NCBI GenBank assembly: GCA_032128115.1
Contig: JAQBHB010000084.1
Span: forward strand, 1-60,307
Reading direction: 5' to 3'
DNA length: 60,307 nucleotides
From: Deltaproteobacteria bacterium
GTDB lineage: Bacteria; Myxococcota_A; UBA9160; SMWR01
Shown here: positions 34,582-44,709 of the stretch, one piece after another
How the letters are laid out: the number at the start of each line of letters is the position of its first letter
Position numbering within the stretch: the first letter of the stretch is position 1
Program-made: the position numbers and the translations under genes
The notes under the pieces: model-generated
Database searches by the model: none
Told to the model about the DNA's origin: nothing
Seen by the model: only the letters and a program-made list of their open reading frames with translations

Positions 34582-37446
34582 TCAGCCCTCGAGGATCGAA
34601 CGTCCCATCGCGACCTCGCGGATCACCTCGTTCAGGCGATCTTCGTTCCCCAGCAGATCCCGCACGCGCATGCGCGCCACGTGGTCGGCATCGGGAAGAG
34701 CATCGATCCAGCCGTGCTTGGCCACCAGGTGGTCGACCATGGCGCCCACGTCCAGGCTGCGACGACCCCGGGTCTCGTCGGTTCCGAGCATGACCACCTC
34801 TTCTCCCTCCACCAGCGAAAGTGAGAGCGACGCCCCGTAACGCTCGCGGGCGACTCGCGCAGTCATGTGCGGGTCGATCGCGGGCGGCGTGGGAACCACC
34901 ACGAGGGTGTAGCCCCCGAAGTACACCAGTCGGAAGTCCCGGCGGGAGACGTAGGTAACCTCCTCCGGCACCGGGGGCGTCGGCACCGCCGCCGCCTCGT
35001 CCGCCAGATCGGAGGGTCGACCCGCCAGCAGCAGATCGACACGCGCTCTCAGCTCGCCGCGCTCACCGGCCAGATCCGCCAGGCGCTGCCACCACACTCG
35101 ACCCCAGCGTTCGAAGTCGTGCTCCGTGAAGCGACCGGTGACCAGGTCCACCAGCTTGTCCGAAAATCGGCTGCGCCGGGTGCGCATCTGGAGGACTGCC
35201 GGAAGTGAGCTGCCGGCTCCCGGGTACACGTGGACGAAATCGGGGCCAATCGCCTGGCGCAGGCCCTCCAGGTCTTCCGGCGGCCACTCGTGGTGGTCGA
35301 ACCAGGACAGCCGATCACGGTAGAGCGATGCGGCCTGCAGCGCGTCGTGGGCGGGCGAGGCCCGGAAGCCCACCAGGAAGATGGGAGTGTCGTCGCGCAG
35401 ATCCGTGGCAACCCCGCGGAAGAAGGTCATGAGGTCGGCCTGGGGATACACCCAGAAGGCCTCCACCAGACGGTGGTCGCGGGCCAGCAACAGGGTCGCG
35501 GCCACCGAATCGCGATCTGCGTGCGCCACGAACACGGCGCGGCGACGCGGAGGACGGGCCGGCTCTTCCGGCTCGGGCGCTTTCGCCGCGGCCTCTCGCG
35601 CGCGACGACGCGCTTCGCGTTGGAGGCGGGCGCGGTCCAGATCCTCGTCACCGTCTTCCACCGGCTCGTCATCGTCGTACGCCGGCGCCAGGGCCTCCTC
35701 CATCTCGGAGACCTCGGAAATCTCCACCGCCAGCGGCACCAGCAGATCGTCGACGACCTCGGCATCCACGAGATCGGGGTCGTCGGAGTCGGCCTCCGGC
35801 CTCGGATCGCGCCGCGCCTGTCGCGGCTCGGGGTCGTCGCGATTGGCGGCCTCGACCGCTGGTTGGTCGCCGGCGGTCTCTTCGCCGCTGCCGCCTCCGC
35901 TTCCACCACGGCCGCGACCGCGCCTTCGGCCGCGACCGCGACCGCGCCGGCGCGCCGCTTCTCCCTGCGGCCCCGGTGCATCCGTGCGGTCGTCGTCCAG
36001 ATCGAAGAGCGAGACCTCGTCGAACTTGCGCGGCTTGGCTTCCGAGGCTTCCGGCGGCGACGCCTCGCTCGCTGCCAGCGGGGACTCGGCGTCGGAGGCT
36101 CCCCACGATCTCGGACCGCGGCCCCCGGAGCGACCGCGGGAACCGCCGCGGCGGGACGACCGCCGCGGACCCGACGCTGCCGCACTCGAGTCGCCCTCCC
36201 CGGCTTCGGGTTCCGATTCGCTGCGGTGGCGGGACGGCCGACGCGGACTCGCCGGCGCCGCGATCGCCTGGCCCTCCCGGAGTTCGAGCTCGGATTCGCC
36301 GCCGCGCTGGGATCGCACGTCGAAAAGGGTGCGCTTCACGGCCAGCACCGGAAGCACCCGCATGACGGCGGCGTCGAAGTCGCGCGCCGCCAACAGCAGC
36401 TGCGGCGGTGCGAGCCCCGGCGACGTGGCGGCCTCACCCAGCAGCAGCGGAAGCGCCGGCCGCAGGGCCAACGTCGCATCCAGGATCGCGCCCAGATCCA
36501 TCAGGGTCAGCGTGCCGCGAATGGCGCCCACCACCGGCCGGCCGGCGCCGTCGACCCCCGCCAGGTCCAGGGCCTCGCTGTCGGATCCACCCAGCGGCCA
36601 CAGCAGGGCGCGCCGCAATCCGGCCGCCGCCACCAGGCGCGGCGCGAGCTGCGCGCGCAGGCCTTCGTCGGAACTGCGCACCCGGCGGTCGGCCAGACGC
36701 TTGCGAAGCGCGCCCTCGAGCCGATCCATGGCGGTGGCGAGACCCGACGGGTCGAGCTTCGCCGTCGAGCGCTCCGGGGCCAGGGTCACCAGCACCAGAT
36801 CGGCGTTCTCCACCCGCAAGGCTGCAACGCAGCGCGCCAGCAGACACAGCTCCACACCGTTTCCGAAGCCACGCACGGAGCCCCCGTGCTTGGCGGCCAG
36901 GCCCTCGAAGGCCGCCAGGGCGCGCGCAAACAGGCTGCGCTGCTCGGCACTCTCCAGCTGCGCCGCCACGTGATGCGGCGGCGCCACCGGGGGCTCAGCC
37001 CCCGGCTCGGGTTCCACGCTGCTTTCTCCCCCTGCCAGCCCGGAGGCCACCACCGCCCGGAACTCGTAGGCCGTCTGGCCCAACAGCGAGAGTCGGCGGC
37101 GCGCGGCGATCGACCACTGCGGCGCTACCGCGATGGCCTCGCCAGCGAACTGATCTTCCTCGCTCAGGCGCTGCGCCAGCGCCAGTGTGGCCAGGAGGGC
37201 ATCGCCCCCCGACACGGGAGCAAAGCCCACGGCCAGCCGGGACGTCACGCCCCCGCCGGTCGCGGTACCGGTCGCCAGCGCCGCAAAGTGGACCGGAATC
37301 CCGGGCTCCTGCAACGGCTCGAGGGCCTCGGCTCGCACGGCGCCGGTTTCCAGCATGCGCGCGAATATCGCGTTGGCATCGATGGCCGGGTTGCGCCCCT
37401 CGCCAGTCTTCCGTCCGCCACGTCCTCGCCCGAATCGGCGTCTCAT
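34582..37446 (-). CDS. Large multidomain protein: unknown N-domain, long disordered R/acidic linker, C-terminal DHH-like domain
   Basis: 954-aa ORF in a tight operon; C-terminal VAHADRDS and WFDHHEW motifs. Confidence 0.7.
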   Translation of the reverse strand: MRRRFGRGRGGRKTGEGRNPAIDANAIFARMLETGAVRAEALEPLQEPGIPVHFAALATGTATGGGVTSRLAVGFAPVSGGDALLATLALAQRLSEEDQFAGEAIAVAPQWSIAARRRLSLLGQTAYEFRAVVASGLAGGESSVEPEPGAEPPVAPPHHVAAQLESAEQRSLFARALAAFEGLAAKHGGSVRGFGNGVELCLLARCVAALRVENADLVLVTLAPERSTAKLDPSGLATAMDRLEGALRKRLADRRVRSSDEGLRAQLAPRLVAAAGLRRALLWPLGGSDSEALDLAGVDGAGRPVVGAIRGTLTLMDLGAILDATLALRPALPLLLGEAATSPGLAPPQLLLAARDFDAAVMRVLPVLAVKRTLFDVRSQRGGESELELREGQAIAAPASPRRPSRHRSESEPEAGEGDSSAAASGPRRSSRRGGSRGRSGGRGPRSWGASDAESPLAASEASPPEASEAKPRKFDEVSLFDLDDDRTDAPGPQGEAARRRGRGRGRRRGRGRGGSGGGSGEETAGDQPAVEAANRDDPEPRQARRDPRPEADSDDPDLVDAEVVDDLLVPLAVEISEVSEMEEALAPAYDDDEPVEDGDEDLDRARLQREARRRAREAAAKAPEPEEPARPPRRRAVFVAHADRDSVAATLLLARDHRLVEAFWVYPQADLMTFFRGVATDLRDDTPIFLVGFRASPAHDALQAASLYRDRLSWFDHHEWPPEDLEGLRQAIGPDFVHVYPGAGSSLPAVLQMRTRRSRFSDKLVDLVTGRFTEHDFERWGRVWWQRLADLAGERGELRARVDLLLAGRPSDLADEAAAVPTPPVPEEVTYVSRRDFRLVYFGGYTLVVVPTPPAIDPHMTARVARERYGASLSLSLVEGEEVVMLGTDETRGRRSLDVGAMVDHLVAKHGWIDALPDADHVARMRVRDLLGNEDRLNEVIREVAMGRSILEG

Positions 37447-38690
37447 TTTTCTCTCCGTTCACTTCCCGTCGGCGGCCTGGTCAGCTCGGCCAACGATTGT
37501 GGTGTTACGAGCAACGATTCATCGTCGTCGCCCTTCGACTCTTCCTCGAGCTTGCGCAATGCGGGCTCGAGCAGGACTTCGATCAGTGCACGCGCCACCG
37601 GATTCTCCCGGGGCGGTCGTTCCCGAAACTCGCGTGCCGCCTCCAGGCAGGCACGCGCGTCGTCCTCCGCATCCCGCTTCCACGACACGTAGGCGCTCTC
37701 TTCGAAACGCTGCGCGGTGGCCTCGCGCGCAGCCTCATGGAAGATCTCTTCGAGCGCCTCCGCCAGGATGCCGTCTACCTGTTCTCCCCGGTGCGGCGCT
37801 GACACGACGATCTGGCTCCGGGCCACCTCGGCCAGGCGCTCGGCGAACTTCGGCAACAGCTCCGGGTCGGTCGGCCACGGCCCGAGCTGCTTGTCACGGA
37901 CGAAGCCCACGGCCCGGTCCAGGGCCTGGCGATCCCCCGATGCGCCCAGGGCCTCACGAACCCGCTCCCCCGGCGTGGCCGCGCCTTCGGAAACTGAAGC
38001 GATGCGCGAGCGCCACTCGCCAAAACCGCGCGGTAGCGGTCGATCGGCCGGCTGGGCGTTTGCGATCCGCGCCGCAAGAGCCCGCACCGCTTCCACCGGC
38101 GCCTCCACGGCGGGAAACCGATCTCGCGCCGTGAACTCGCGCAGGAACTTCCGGGCCTTGCTGCGGCCCGTGGTGTAGGCCTCGAACCCGACCACGCCCC
38201 GCACTTCGTCGAGAATCACTTCGTATAGGCGCGCCCCGCCGGACGGATGGGCCTCCAGCAGGTACACAATCCGGGTTCCGCGCGGGTCGATGGCCGAAAC
38301 CATCGCGGCGGACAGGTCATCATCGAGGGGCGGCAGCTTCGCCACGACCGGGGCCTGGGGTGCTTCCGGAATGCTGACGCCCCGGGATCGCAGTGCGTGT
38401 ATGGCGCGTCGGATCACCTTGCGTGCGGGTTTGGGCAGATCGGCCGCTTCCACTTCCCGCAGGGGTTCGACGCCCCGGGGATGTTCGGCCCACTCCGCCG
38501 CCAGCTCGGCCCCGGGCTCGGGCTCGTTCCGCAACAACCATGTGAGCACGCGAGCCGCCGCCGCCACGTCGAGCATCTCCAGCAACTGGGCCGGATCCCC
38601 GTTGGCGGGCCGGATGGCATCCGCCTCTTCCGGCAGGGCCGACGCGGCCCGCTCCAGGGCCTCGGGAAGTCCCAGGCCGACGTCGCTCAC
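37443..38690 (-). CDS. Hypothetical protein
   Basis: 415-aa ORF with 4-bp overlaps to both neighbours and typical codon usage; family not recognised. Confidence 0.75.
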   Translation of the reverse strand: MSDVGLGLPEALERAASALPEEADAIRPANGDPAQLLEMLDVAAAARVLTWLLRNEPEPGAELAAEWAEHPRGVEPLREVEAADLPKPARKVIRRAIHALRSRGVSIPEAPQAPVVAKLPPLDDDLSAAMVSAIDPRGTRIVYLLEAHPSGGARLYEVILDEVRGVVGFEAYTTGRSKARKFLREFTARDRFPAVEAPVEAVRALAARIANAQPADRPLPRGFGEWRSRIASVSEGAATPGERVREALGASGDRQALDRAVGFVRDKQLGPWPTDPELLPKFAERLAEVARSQIVVSAPHRGEQVDGILAEALEEIFHEAAREATAQRFEESAYVSWKRDAEDDARACLEAAREFRERPPRENPVARALIEVLLEPALRKLEEESKGDDDESLLVTPQSLAELTRPPTGSERREK

Positions 38691-39847
38691 GCGTCGGACC
38701 CCTGAGGCCCCAGAAGCCTGCGGTGTTCGGTCATGGCGAACCGATCGGTCATGCCCGCCACGTAATCGGAAATGGCCCGCGCTTCGCCGTCCACGTCGAA
38801 GCGCTCGCGTACGCGCGCCGGAAGATGCTGCGGCCCATCGCGGAACACCCCGTAGATCTCACCCAGGGTGCGGGCACCGCGCTCACTCATCTCCAGCACG
38901 CGCGGGTGCTGGTAGAAGTTCCGGTGCAGGAAGCTCTTGAGTTCCCGCTTGCGTTTCTCCAGCTCGGGAGCCAGTCCCACCAGCCGACCCTTGGTGGCGC
39001 GCACCTGGTCCAGGCTGTTCACGCCGGCAGCCTCCAGTCGGGCCGCGGAGGATTCCACCAGGTCGGTCACGAGCCGGTTGATGAGGGCGATGATGGTCTG
39101 GGCCACGCGCACCCGATCCGAGCTTCCGGACAGACGCCCCTCCACTTCGCGTTGGGCCTCGTGCCACAGGGACACATCCTGGAGGCCTTCGAGTTCGAGC
39201 ATGCCCGCGCGCAACCCGTCTTCCAGATCGTGGTTGGTGTAGGCAATCTCATCCGCTATGTCGGCCACCTGAGCCTCGAGGCTGGGCTGGTTCGCGGCCT
39301 CCGGCACCGGCACCGGGTGGTCCCACTCGCAGCCGTGCTTGAGGATCCCCTCGCGGGTCTCGTAGGTCAGGTTGAGTCCGCGAAAATCCGGATAGCGCTC
39401 CTCGAGCAGGTCCACGGTGCGCAGGCTCTGGCGGTTGTGATCGAAGCCTCCCTCGTCTTTCATCAGCTCGGCGAGGGCGCGCTCACCCGCGTGACCAAAC
39501 GGCGTGTGCCCCAGGTCGTGAGCGAGCACGACGGCCTCGGCGAGTTCCTCGTTCAGCCGCAGGGTGCGCGCAATGGTTCGCGAGATCTGTCCGCCCTCCA
39601 GGGTGTGGGTCAGCCGATTCCGGTAGTGATCGCCTTCGTGGTACACGAACACCTGGGTCTTGTATTCCAGGCGGCGGAAGGCCCGGGCGTGGACGATGCG
39701 ATCGCGGTCGCGCTGGAAGGCGGTGCGATAGGCGTGCTCGGGCTCCGCCACGAGACGCCCGCGCGACTCACAGCTTCGGGCCGCAAACGGCGCCAGGCGC
39801 TCGACTTCCTCGCGCTCGTAGGCCTCGCGTGTCCGAATCAAGCTCAT
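38687..39847 (-). CDS. dgt: Deoxyguanosinetriphosphate triphosphohydrolase
   Basis: FQRDRDRI, RRLEYKTQVF, RNRLTHTLE, AHDLGHTPFGHAGE, ADEIAY, DYVAGMTD. Confidence 0.95.
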   Translation of the reverse strand: MSLIRTREAYEREEVERLAPFAARSCESRGRLVAEPEHAYRTAFQRDRDRIVHARAFRRLEYKTQVFVYHEGDHYRNRLTHTLEGGQISRTIARTLRLNEELAEAVVLAHDLGHTPFGHAGERALAELMKDEGGFDHNRQSLRTVDLLEERYPDFRGLNLTYETREGILKHGCEWDHPVPVPEAANQPSLEAQVADIADEIAYTNHDLEDGLRAGMLELEGLQDVSLWHEAQREVEGRLSGSSDRVRVAQTIIALINRLVTDLVESSAARLEAAGVNSLDQVRATKGRLVGLAPELEKRKRELKSFLHRNFYQHPRVLEMSERGARTLGEIYGVFRDGPQHLPARVRERFDVDGEARAISDYVAGMTDRFAMTEHRRLLGPQGSDA

Positions 39848-40014
39848 CGCTCGTCCGCCTCCCGGTCGGCTTCGCGCAGCACGCGCTCGAGCCGGGCCCG
39901 CGACGCGTCGTCGATATCGTCCGGCTCCCGGCCGCCACCTCCCCCCGAAGCCAGCAGATAGAGGGCACCCGCGGCAACCGCGAGCCCAAGGAGTAGGACC
40001 AGCCAGCGTGTCAC
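39844..40014 (-). CDS. Small (56 aa) single-TM membrane protein, not in the ORF track
   Basis: MTRWLVLLLGLAVAAGALYLLASGGGGGREPDDIDDASRARLERVLREADREADER*; stop overlaps the dgt ATG (ATGA). Confidence 0.7.
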   Translation of the reverse strand: MTRWLVLLLGLAVAAGALYLLASGGGGGREPDDIDDASRARLERVLREADREADER

Positions 40015-40167
40015 TCGGTTCCGTCACCCGGGCCACCGGGGTCGCATGCGGGGAGGGGTGCCACACCGGGAGGCGGTGCGAGAGTAGGAGTGGGCCTCCC
40101 GGGTGTCAACGCCGGTCCCGACGCATCCAGCCGAAACTCAAGCGGTTTTGCTCGAAGCCGGTAAGCT

Positions 40168-41286
40168 GTGGCGATGCCGCCCGCGCCGCTTCCGCGCCGC
40201 CTGTTGCTCGGTCCCGGGCCCTCGAACGTCCATCCCCGCGTCCGCGAAGCCCTGGGACAACCCCTGGTGGGCCACCTCGATCCCGCCTTTCTGGCCCTGA
40301 TGGAAGAGGTCCAGGAGAACCTGCGGCGCCTCTACGGGACCCACAACCCGATGACGCTGCCGCTATCGGGCACGGGCAGCGCTGGCATGGAAGCCTGCCT
40401 GGTCAATCTGCTCGAGCGCGGCGAGACGGCGGTCATCGGCGTGAACGGGGTCTTCGGGGGCCGCATGAGCGAAGTGGCTAGCCGCGCGGGCGCTCGTGTC
40501 GTGCGCGTGGAGAGCGCGCCCGGCACGCCCCTGGACGAAGCGGCCATGGCAGATGCCATCGCCCGCGAGCAGCCACGGGTGGTGGCCTTCGTCCACGCCG
40601 AAACCTCCACCGGCGTTTGCCAACCGGTCGAACAGATCGCGCGAACCGCTCGCGACGCCGGAGCCCTGGTGGTGCTCGATTGTGTCACCTCGCTGGGCGG
40701 GCAACCCGTCGAACTCGACGAGTGGGGGATCGACGCGGCCTACAGCGCAACGCAGAAGTGTCTGTCGTGTCCGCCGGGCCTCTCCCCGGTGAGCTTCTCG
40801 GACCGCGCGCTTGCCCGGGTGCGCGCCCGCAAAACCCCGGTGCAGAGCTGGTACCTGGACCTCACCCTGTTGGCGGACTACTTCGGCGTGGATCGGGTCT
40901 ACCACCACACGGCTCCCATCTCGGCCGTGATGGGCCTGGCCGAAGGCCTGCGGATGGTGGAAGAGGAAGGCATGGAGATCCGCATCAAGCGCCACCAGGA
41001 AGCTGCGCGCGCATTGATCGAAGGGATCGCGCCCCTGGGATTCACGCCCCTGGTGGAGGAGCGCTATCGCCTGAACGCGCTGTCGGCCCTGTGCGTACCC
41101 GAGCCGCTGCGCGGAGCCGGCGAGGCGAATCTTCGCCGACGAATGCTGGAACGGTATGGGATCGAGCTGGGCGGCGGGATGGGTCCCCTCGCCGGCCAGA
41201 TCTGGCGCATCGGCCTGATGGGCGAGAACGCGCGCCTCACCAACGTGGAGGCGCTGCTCAACGCCCTTCGGCGCGAGCTTCGCTGA
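40168..41286 (+). CDS. Class V aminotransferase (alanine-glyoxylate/serine-pyruvate family)
   Basis: LLGPGPSN, GTGSAGME, HAETSTG, SATQKCL (PLP Lys), YHHTAP, WRIGLMG. Confidence 0.95.
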   Translation: MAMPPAPLPRRLLLGPGPSNVHPRVREALGQPLVGHLDPAFLALMEEVQENLRRLYGTHNPMTLPLSGTGSAGMEACLVNLLERGETAVIGVNGVFGGRMSEVASRAGARVVRVESAPGTPLDEAAMADAIAREQPRVVAFVHAETSTGVCQPVEQIARTARDAGALVVLDCVTSLGGQPVELDEWGIDAAYSATQKCLSCPPGLSPVSFSDRALARVRARKTPVQSWYLDLTLLADYFGVDRVYHHTAPISAVMGLAEGLRMVEEEGMEIRIKRHQEAARALIEGIAPLGFTPLVEERYRLNALSALCVPEPLRGAGEANLRRRMLERYGIELGGGMGPLAGQIWRIGLMGENARLTNVEALLNALRRELR

Positions 41287-41295
41287 TCGCGCCCG

Positions 41296-41655
41296 GTGCG
41301 AACCCCGGTCCTCGCTCTCGTCGCGCTCGCGCTCCTGGGCGCCGACGCGCCGCCGCCCGTGGACGCGGCAGCGCCGGGTCGGCATGCCCGCGAGCGCCTG
41401 CTCGAGATCCAGCGCCAGGTGCAGGCCGTGGCGGTCTACCCGCCCGTCGCCCGCTCACGGCACGTCAGCGGTGATGCCCTGGTCTCCTTCAGCATCGACC
41501 GGGACGGCACACCCGCTGACATCCGCACCACCCGCTCCTCGGGCAGCGCGCTGCTCGACCGCGCAGCCGAACGAGCAGTCGCCGAAGCGGCGCCCCTGCC
41601 CTGGGTCTACGGTGAGGTGAGTGTGCCCGTCTCGTTCGTGCTCCGCGCGAGGTGA
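41296..41655 (+). CDS. TonB C-terminal domain protein
   Basis: YPPVAR...G...VSFSIDRDG...SSGSALLDRAA. Confidence 0.8.
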   Translation: MRTPVLALVALALLGADAPPPVDAAAPGRHARERLLEIQRQVQAVAVYPPVARSRHVSGDALVSFSIDRDGTPADIRTTRSSGSALLDRAAERAVAEAAPLPWVYGEVSVPVSFVLRAR

Positions 41656-41680
41656 GTGTGCCCGTCTCGTTCGTGCTCCG
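41614..41680. repeat. 32-bp direct repeat (35-bp period) across the tonB-like stop
   Basis: GAGGTGAGTGTGCCCGTCTCGTTCGTGCTCCG at 41614 and 41649. Confidence 0.92.
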
Positions 41681-41693
41681 TCCGGCGCCCTGA

Positions 41694-42773
41694 TCACTCG
41701 ACGGCGTCGGGAATGCCGTTCATGTCGTCGTCGGTCGCTGGCACCGAGTTCACCGCCGCGACCGCGTCCAGGTCGAAGCCGAAGTTGTTCGATCCCACCG
41801 GCCCCCCCACGAAATCGGCGCCCGTGACGCGCACGTAGCGGGCCCACGCGAGCCCCACATCCCCCAGGTCGAACGAGTCGCCCCCGGAGCCGCTCGGCAG
41901 TTCCATCGCGAGCGCGTTCTGGCCCACCAGGTCCTCGATGGGCGGATCGAATGTGGGCACCGCCGGATGCGGCGGCGCCGACTCGCCGTTGGCGAGAACG
42001 GGGTAGACCCCCGCGCAGCCCGGGTGATACGGGGCATCCCCGGCGACGAGGGCACAGCCTGCGAACGTGAACCAGGTAGACCCATCCTGGCTCACGCTCA
42101 CGCGACCGGGCTCCGAGAACGGGGGCAGCGTGGCGAAGCCGAGCCCCAGCTCCAGAAACGGATTCTCGAACACGCTGAAGTCCACGTCGGGCCCGTCGAC
42201 GATTACGTTGTCTACGAACTCGAGAACCATCCAGCCGGACTCGCCCAGGGACACCACGTCGAGCGAGGCGCCAAACAGCCCGCCTCCCACCGGCGGCCCG
42301 GTGACGATCGCCGGGAGCAGCCCCTGGTTGAAGCCCCCGTTGGCGCCAATCGAGTACGCCGCAACGTCATCCGCAAACGCATCGCCTTCCGTATCGAAGC
42401 CCACGTGCACGCGCCGGCGCGTCGCGCCCTGCAGGATCGACGCCCCCAGATCGTGGCTTGCCGGGGCGCTCAGCGAGCAGTCCGGCAGACCGGGGCCCCA
42501 TACGAAATCGGCCGTGGCCCGGGTGCGGGCTCCCTGGTCCTCCTCGAACCAGACTTCGCCATGAGTCCGCAGCCCGTTCAGTTCGAGCTCGATCGTCTCC
42601 AGGTCGAGACCCGCGGCCACGTCGAGCACCACGGTGAACGGCATGCAGGTGAGCACGATCCCGGCCGCCGGCGACACGATGCGCAGGGGCACGGGCCCAC
42701 CACAGCGGGCGCCCAGTGCGGGAGCCACGCAGGCGGCCACTGCAAGGGTAACCAGTCCGTGTCGCGCCCTCAC
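41694..42773 (-). CDS. Cell-surface protein, probably BtuH-like (cobalamin-binding)
   Basis: Signal with Cys; VVSLGESGWMVLEF, DFSVFENPF, SEPGRVSVSQDG, GGDSFDL, GFDLDAV. Last gene of the B12-riboswitch operon. Confidence 0.6.
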   Translation of the reverse strand: MRARHGLVTLAVAACVAPALGARCGGPVPLRIVSPAAGIVLTCMPFTVVLDVAAGLDLETIELELNGLRTHGEVWFEEDQGARTRATADFVWGPGLPDCSLSAPASHDLGASILQGATRRRVHVGFDTEGDAFADDVAAYSIGANGGFNQGLLPAIVTGPPVGGGLFGASLDVVSLGESGWMVLEFVDNVIVDGPDVDFSVFENPFLELGLGFATLPPFSEPGRVSVSQDGSTWFTFAGCALVAGDAPYHPGCAGVYPVLANGESAPPHPAVPTFDPPIEDLVGQNALAMELPSGSGGDSFDLGDVGLAWARYVRVTGADFVGGPVGSNNFGFDLDAVAAVNSVPATDDDMNGIPDAVE

Positions 42774-43798
42774 GATCGCAACCTCCCGCGCGTCCGCCGC
42801 CTTGCCAGCGCCAGGAGTCCGGCAGCCATCAGGACCCCGCTGCCAGGCTCGGGAATCGGCGTGAAGACCAGGATGCGCGCCTGGGGTGAGAAGCCGCCCT
42901 CGATGGCGTAGATCACCCCGCCCTGCTCGTCGATGCCCGTGGCGAAGTCCAGGCCCGTGGCAATCACCTCGAGGATGTCACCGGTGTTCGGGTCGATGCG
43001 CAGGAGTTCCGAAGGTCCCCCGAACTCCGAGGCGCTGGCCAGCAGACTGCCATCGTCGGCGAGTACCAGATCCGCCTGGCCCGCGAGCCCGCCCGCCAGG
43101 ATCGACACGGTTCCGGTTCCCGGCAGCGACACCACCGAGATTTCGCCACCGGCACTGGGAAACAGCTCGGCCTCGCCGAAGAACAGCGAGCTGCCATCGG
43201 CCGCGATCCCGGCCATGAACTTCGACCGACCGGACTGCAACACCTCGATGCCCTCCAGAAGGAGATCCACCTTGAGGATGCGCCCGCTGGGCGGAAAGCT
43301 CCCCGAGGCATCGGCGACGAACAGCGTGTTGCCCGTGGGATCGTTGGGATCCAGCGCCAGGTCCGACACGCCGGGCACGCTACCCGCGGGAAGCGCTTCC
43401 AGACTGGAAGCACTCGGGGGCGATCCCACGGCGCCCAGCGGATCCGGAATCGCGTAGATCGTATCGCCGGTCTGCGAGCCGGGCGTCTCCTGGAAATTGT
43501 CTCCCACCAGGAGGCGATCGTTCACGGCGTCGTAGGCGAATCCAGCGATGCCGTTGAAGCCATCGGCAATCGTGGTGGTGCCCAGCGCATCCAGTCGCAC
43601 AACGGACTGGGTGGCGCCGCCGAACGGCCCCAGCCCGAAGAAGAAGGCATCTCCCACCACGATCAGGCCGCCCACCGGAATGTCGCTGGTGAGGACCTCG
43701 CTGATCGCGTAGCCGGGCGCCAGGATCGTCGCCCCGGCCGGCGCCGCAATCCACGCCATCGCGAATCCCGCTGCTGCAAGCCCTCGAATCCGGCTCAT
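42770..43798 (-). CDS. PEP-CTERM protein (beta-propeller-like passenger)
   Basis: Signal peptide; C-terminal IPEPGSGVLMAAGLLALARRRTR; ATG 43798 after AGGAG. Confidence 0.88.
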   Translation of the reverse strand: MSRIRGLAAAGFAMAWIAAPAGATILAPGYAISEVLTSDIPVGGLIVVGDAFFFGLGPFGGATQSVVRLDALGTTTIADGFNGIAGFAYDAVNDRLLVGDNFQETPGSQTGDTIYAIPDPLGAVGSPPSASSLEALPAGSVPGVSDLALDPNDPTGNTLFVADASGSFPPSGRILKVDLLLEGIEVLQSGRSKFMAGIAADGSSLFFGEAELFPSAGGEISVVSLPGTGTVSILAGGLAGQADLVLADDGSLLASASEFGGPSELLRIDPNTGDILEVIATGLDFATGIDEQGGVIYAIEGGFSPQARILVFTPIPEPGSGVLMAAGLLALARRRTRGRLRS

Positions 43799-44709
43799 GT
43801 TCCTTCTCCTTGTGCGGAGCTGCGAGCCCCGGGTTCCCCAACGTTTTCGAACTCGAGCATCACGGGCCGCCACTCCGAGAGGCGCCCATCGGGAAGCTCG
43901 TGCGCCAACCACACGCGATCCGCCCCGTCTCCGGGCGCAACCAACAGATCCATCGACCGGGGGGCGGCGCCCGGCAGGCCCGACAGCTCGAATCGCCCCA
44001 ACGCCACCGCCGCTTCCGAGGCGACGCGCACGGCCCCCGCGGCCTCGCTGGGAACCACGTGCACCCACCACACGCCCTGGGATTCGAGCCCTGCCGTGGC
44101 CCGCGGCGGTCGCGGGATGCGCGAGCCGAGCCGGCGAACCGGCGATGCGCCCTCGTCCTCGGGCCGCCGCCCCGCCCCGGTGGCCACCACCTGGAGGCCC
44201 GCGGACGGAATCATCAGGGGAGCGAACGCGAAGCGACCGTCGGGCTGGCTCGTCGTGCGAGCGACCACAGCCGCGCGTTCCCCGCGAAGCCTCCACAGGG
44301 ACAGAGCACGCGGTGCCTCCGGGTCGCTGCCGATGAAGCGCACGGAGAGTCCGCGGTCGTCCCGGGCAACCGGGTGCAGTTCGAGTCGGACCCCGGTGTC
44401 GCGAACGGGTGTCTGCGACGCGCTGCCGCCTCCGCCCGCGAACGCTCGATCCCGTCCCGGATCACGCTCTTCCGATCTCGCGTTCGGCACCGCAGCCGGG
44501 GCTGGGATCCGGGGCGCGAACCCGTGCACAGGGTCCTCCCCGTTCGCGAGAGCCGCGACCAGACCCTCCTGCGGAACAATCGGCGAGACCATGGCGCGCT
44601 CACCGGCAGCCCCTCCCGAGCCGGTCCCTCGCTGCCCCACGCCGGTGCCGGCGACCCACGCAACCAGCACCAGACAGAGGCTCAGAGCGATTCGATACGG
44701 ATTCCGCAC
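43795..44709 (-). CDS. Hypothetical exported protein
   Basis: N-terminal hydrophobic segment IALSLCLVLVAWV; coupled to both neighbours; start inferred. Confidence 0.6.
   Translation of the reverse strand: MRNPYRIALSLCLVLVAWVAGTGVGQRGTGSGGAAGERAMVSPIVPQEGLVAALANGEDPVHGFAPRIPAPAAVPNARSEERDPGRDRAFAGGGGSASQTPVRDTGVRLELHPVARDDRGLSVRFIGSDPEAPRALSLWRLRGERAAVVARTTSQPDGRFAFAPLMIPSAGLQVVATGAGRRPEDEGASPVRRLGSRIPRPPRATAGLESQGVWWVHVVPSEAAGAVRVASEAAVALGRFELSGLPGAAPRSMDLLVAPGDGADRVWLAHELPDGRLSEWRPVMLEFENVGEPGARSSAQGEGT

Noticed and set aside
38687..39847. dGTPase as an anti-phage nucleotide-depletion system together with the dCMP deaminase
   Set aside because: Looks like ordinary short Dgt in a housekeeping-type operon, about 13 kb from the deaminase, with no defence-island context.
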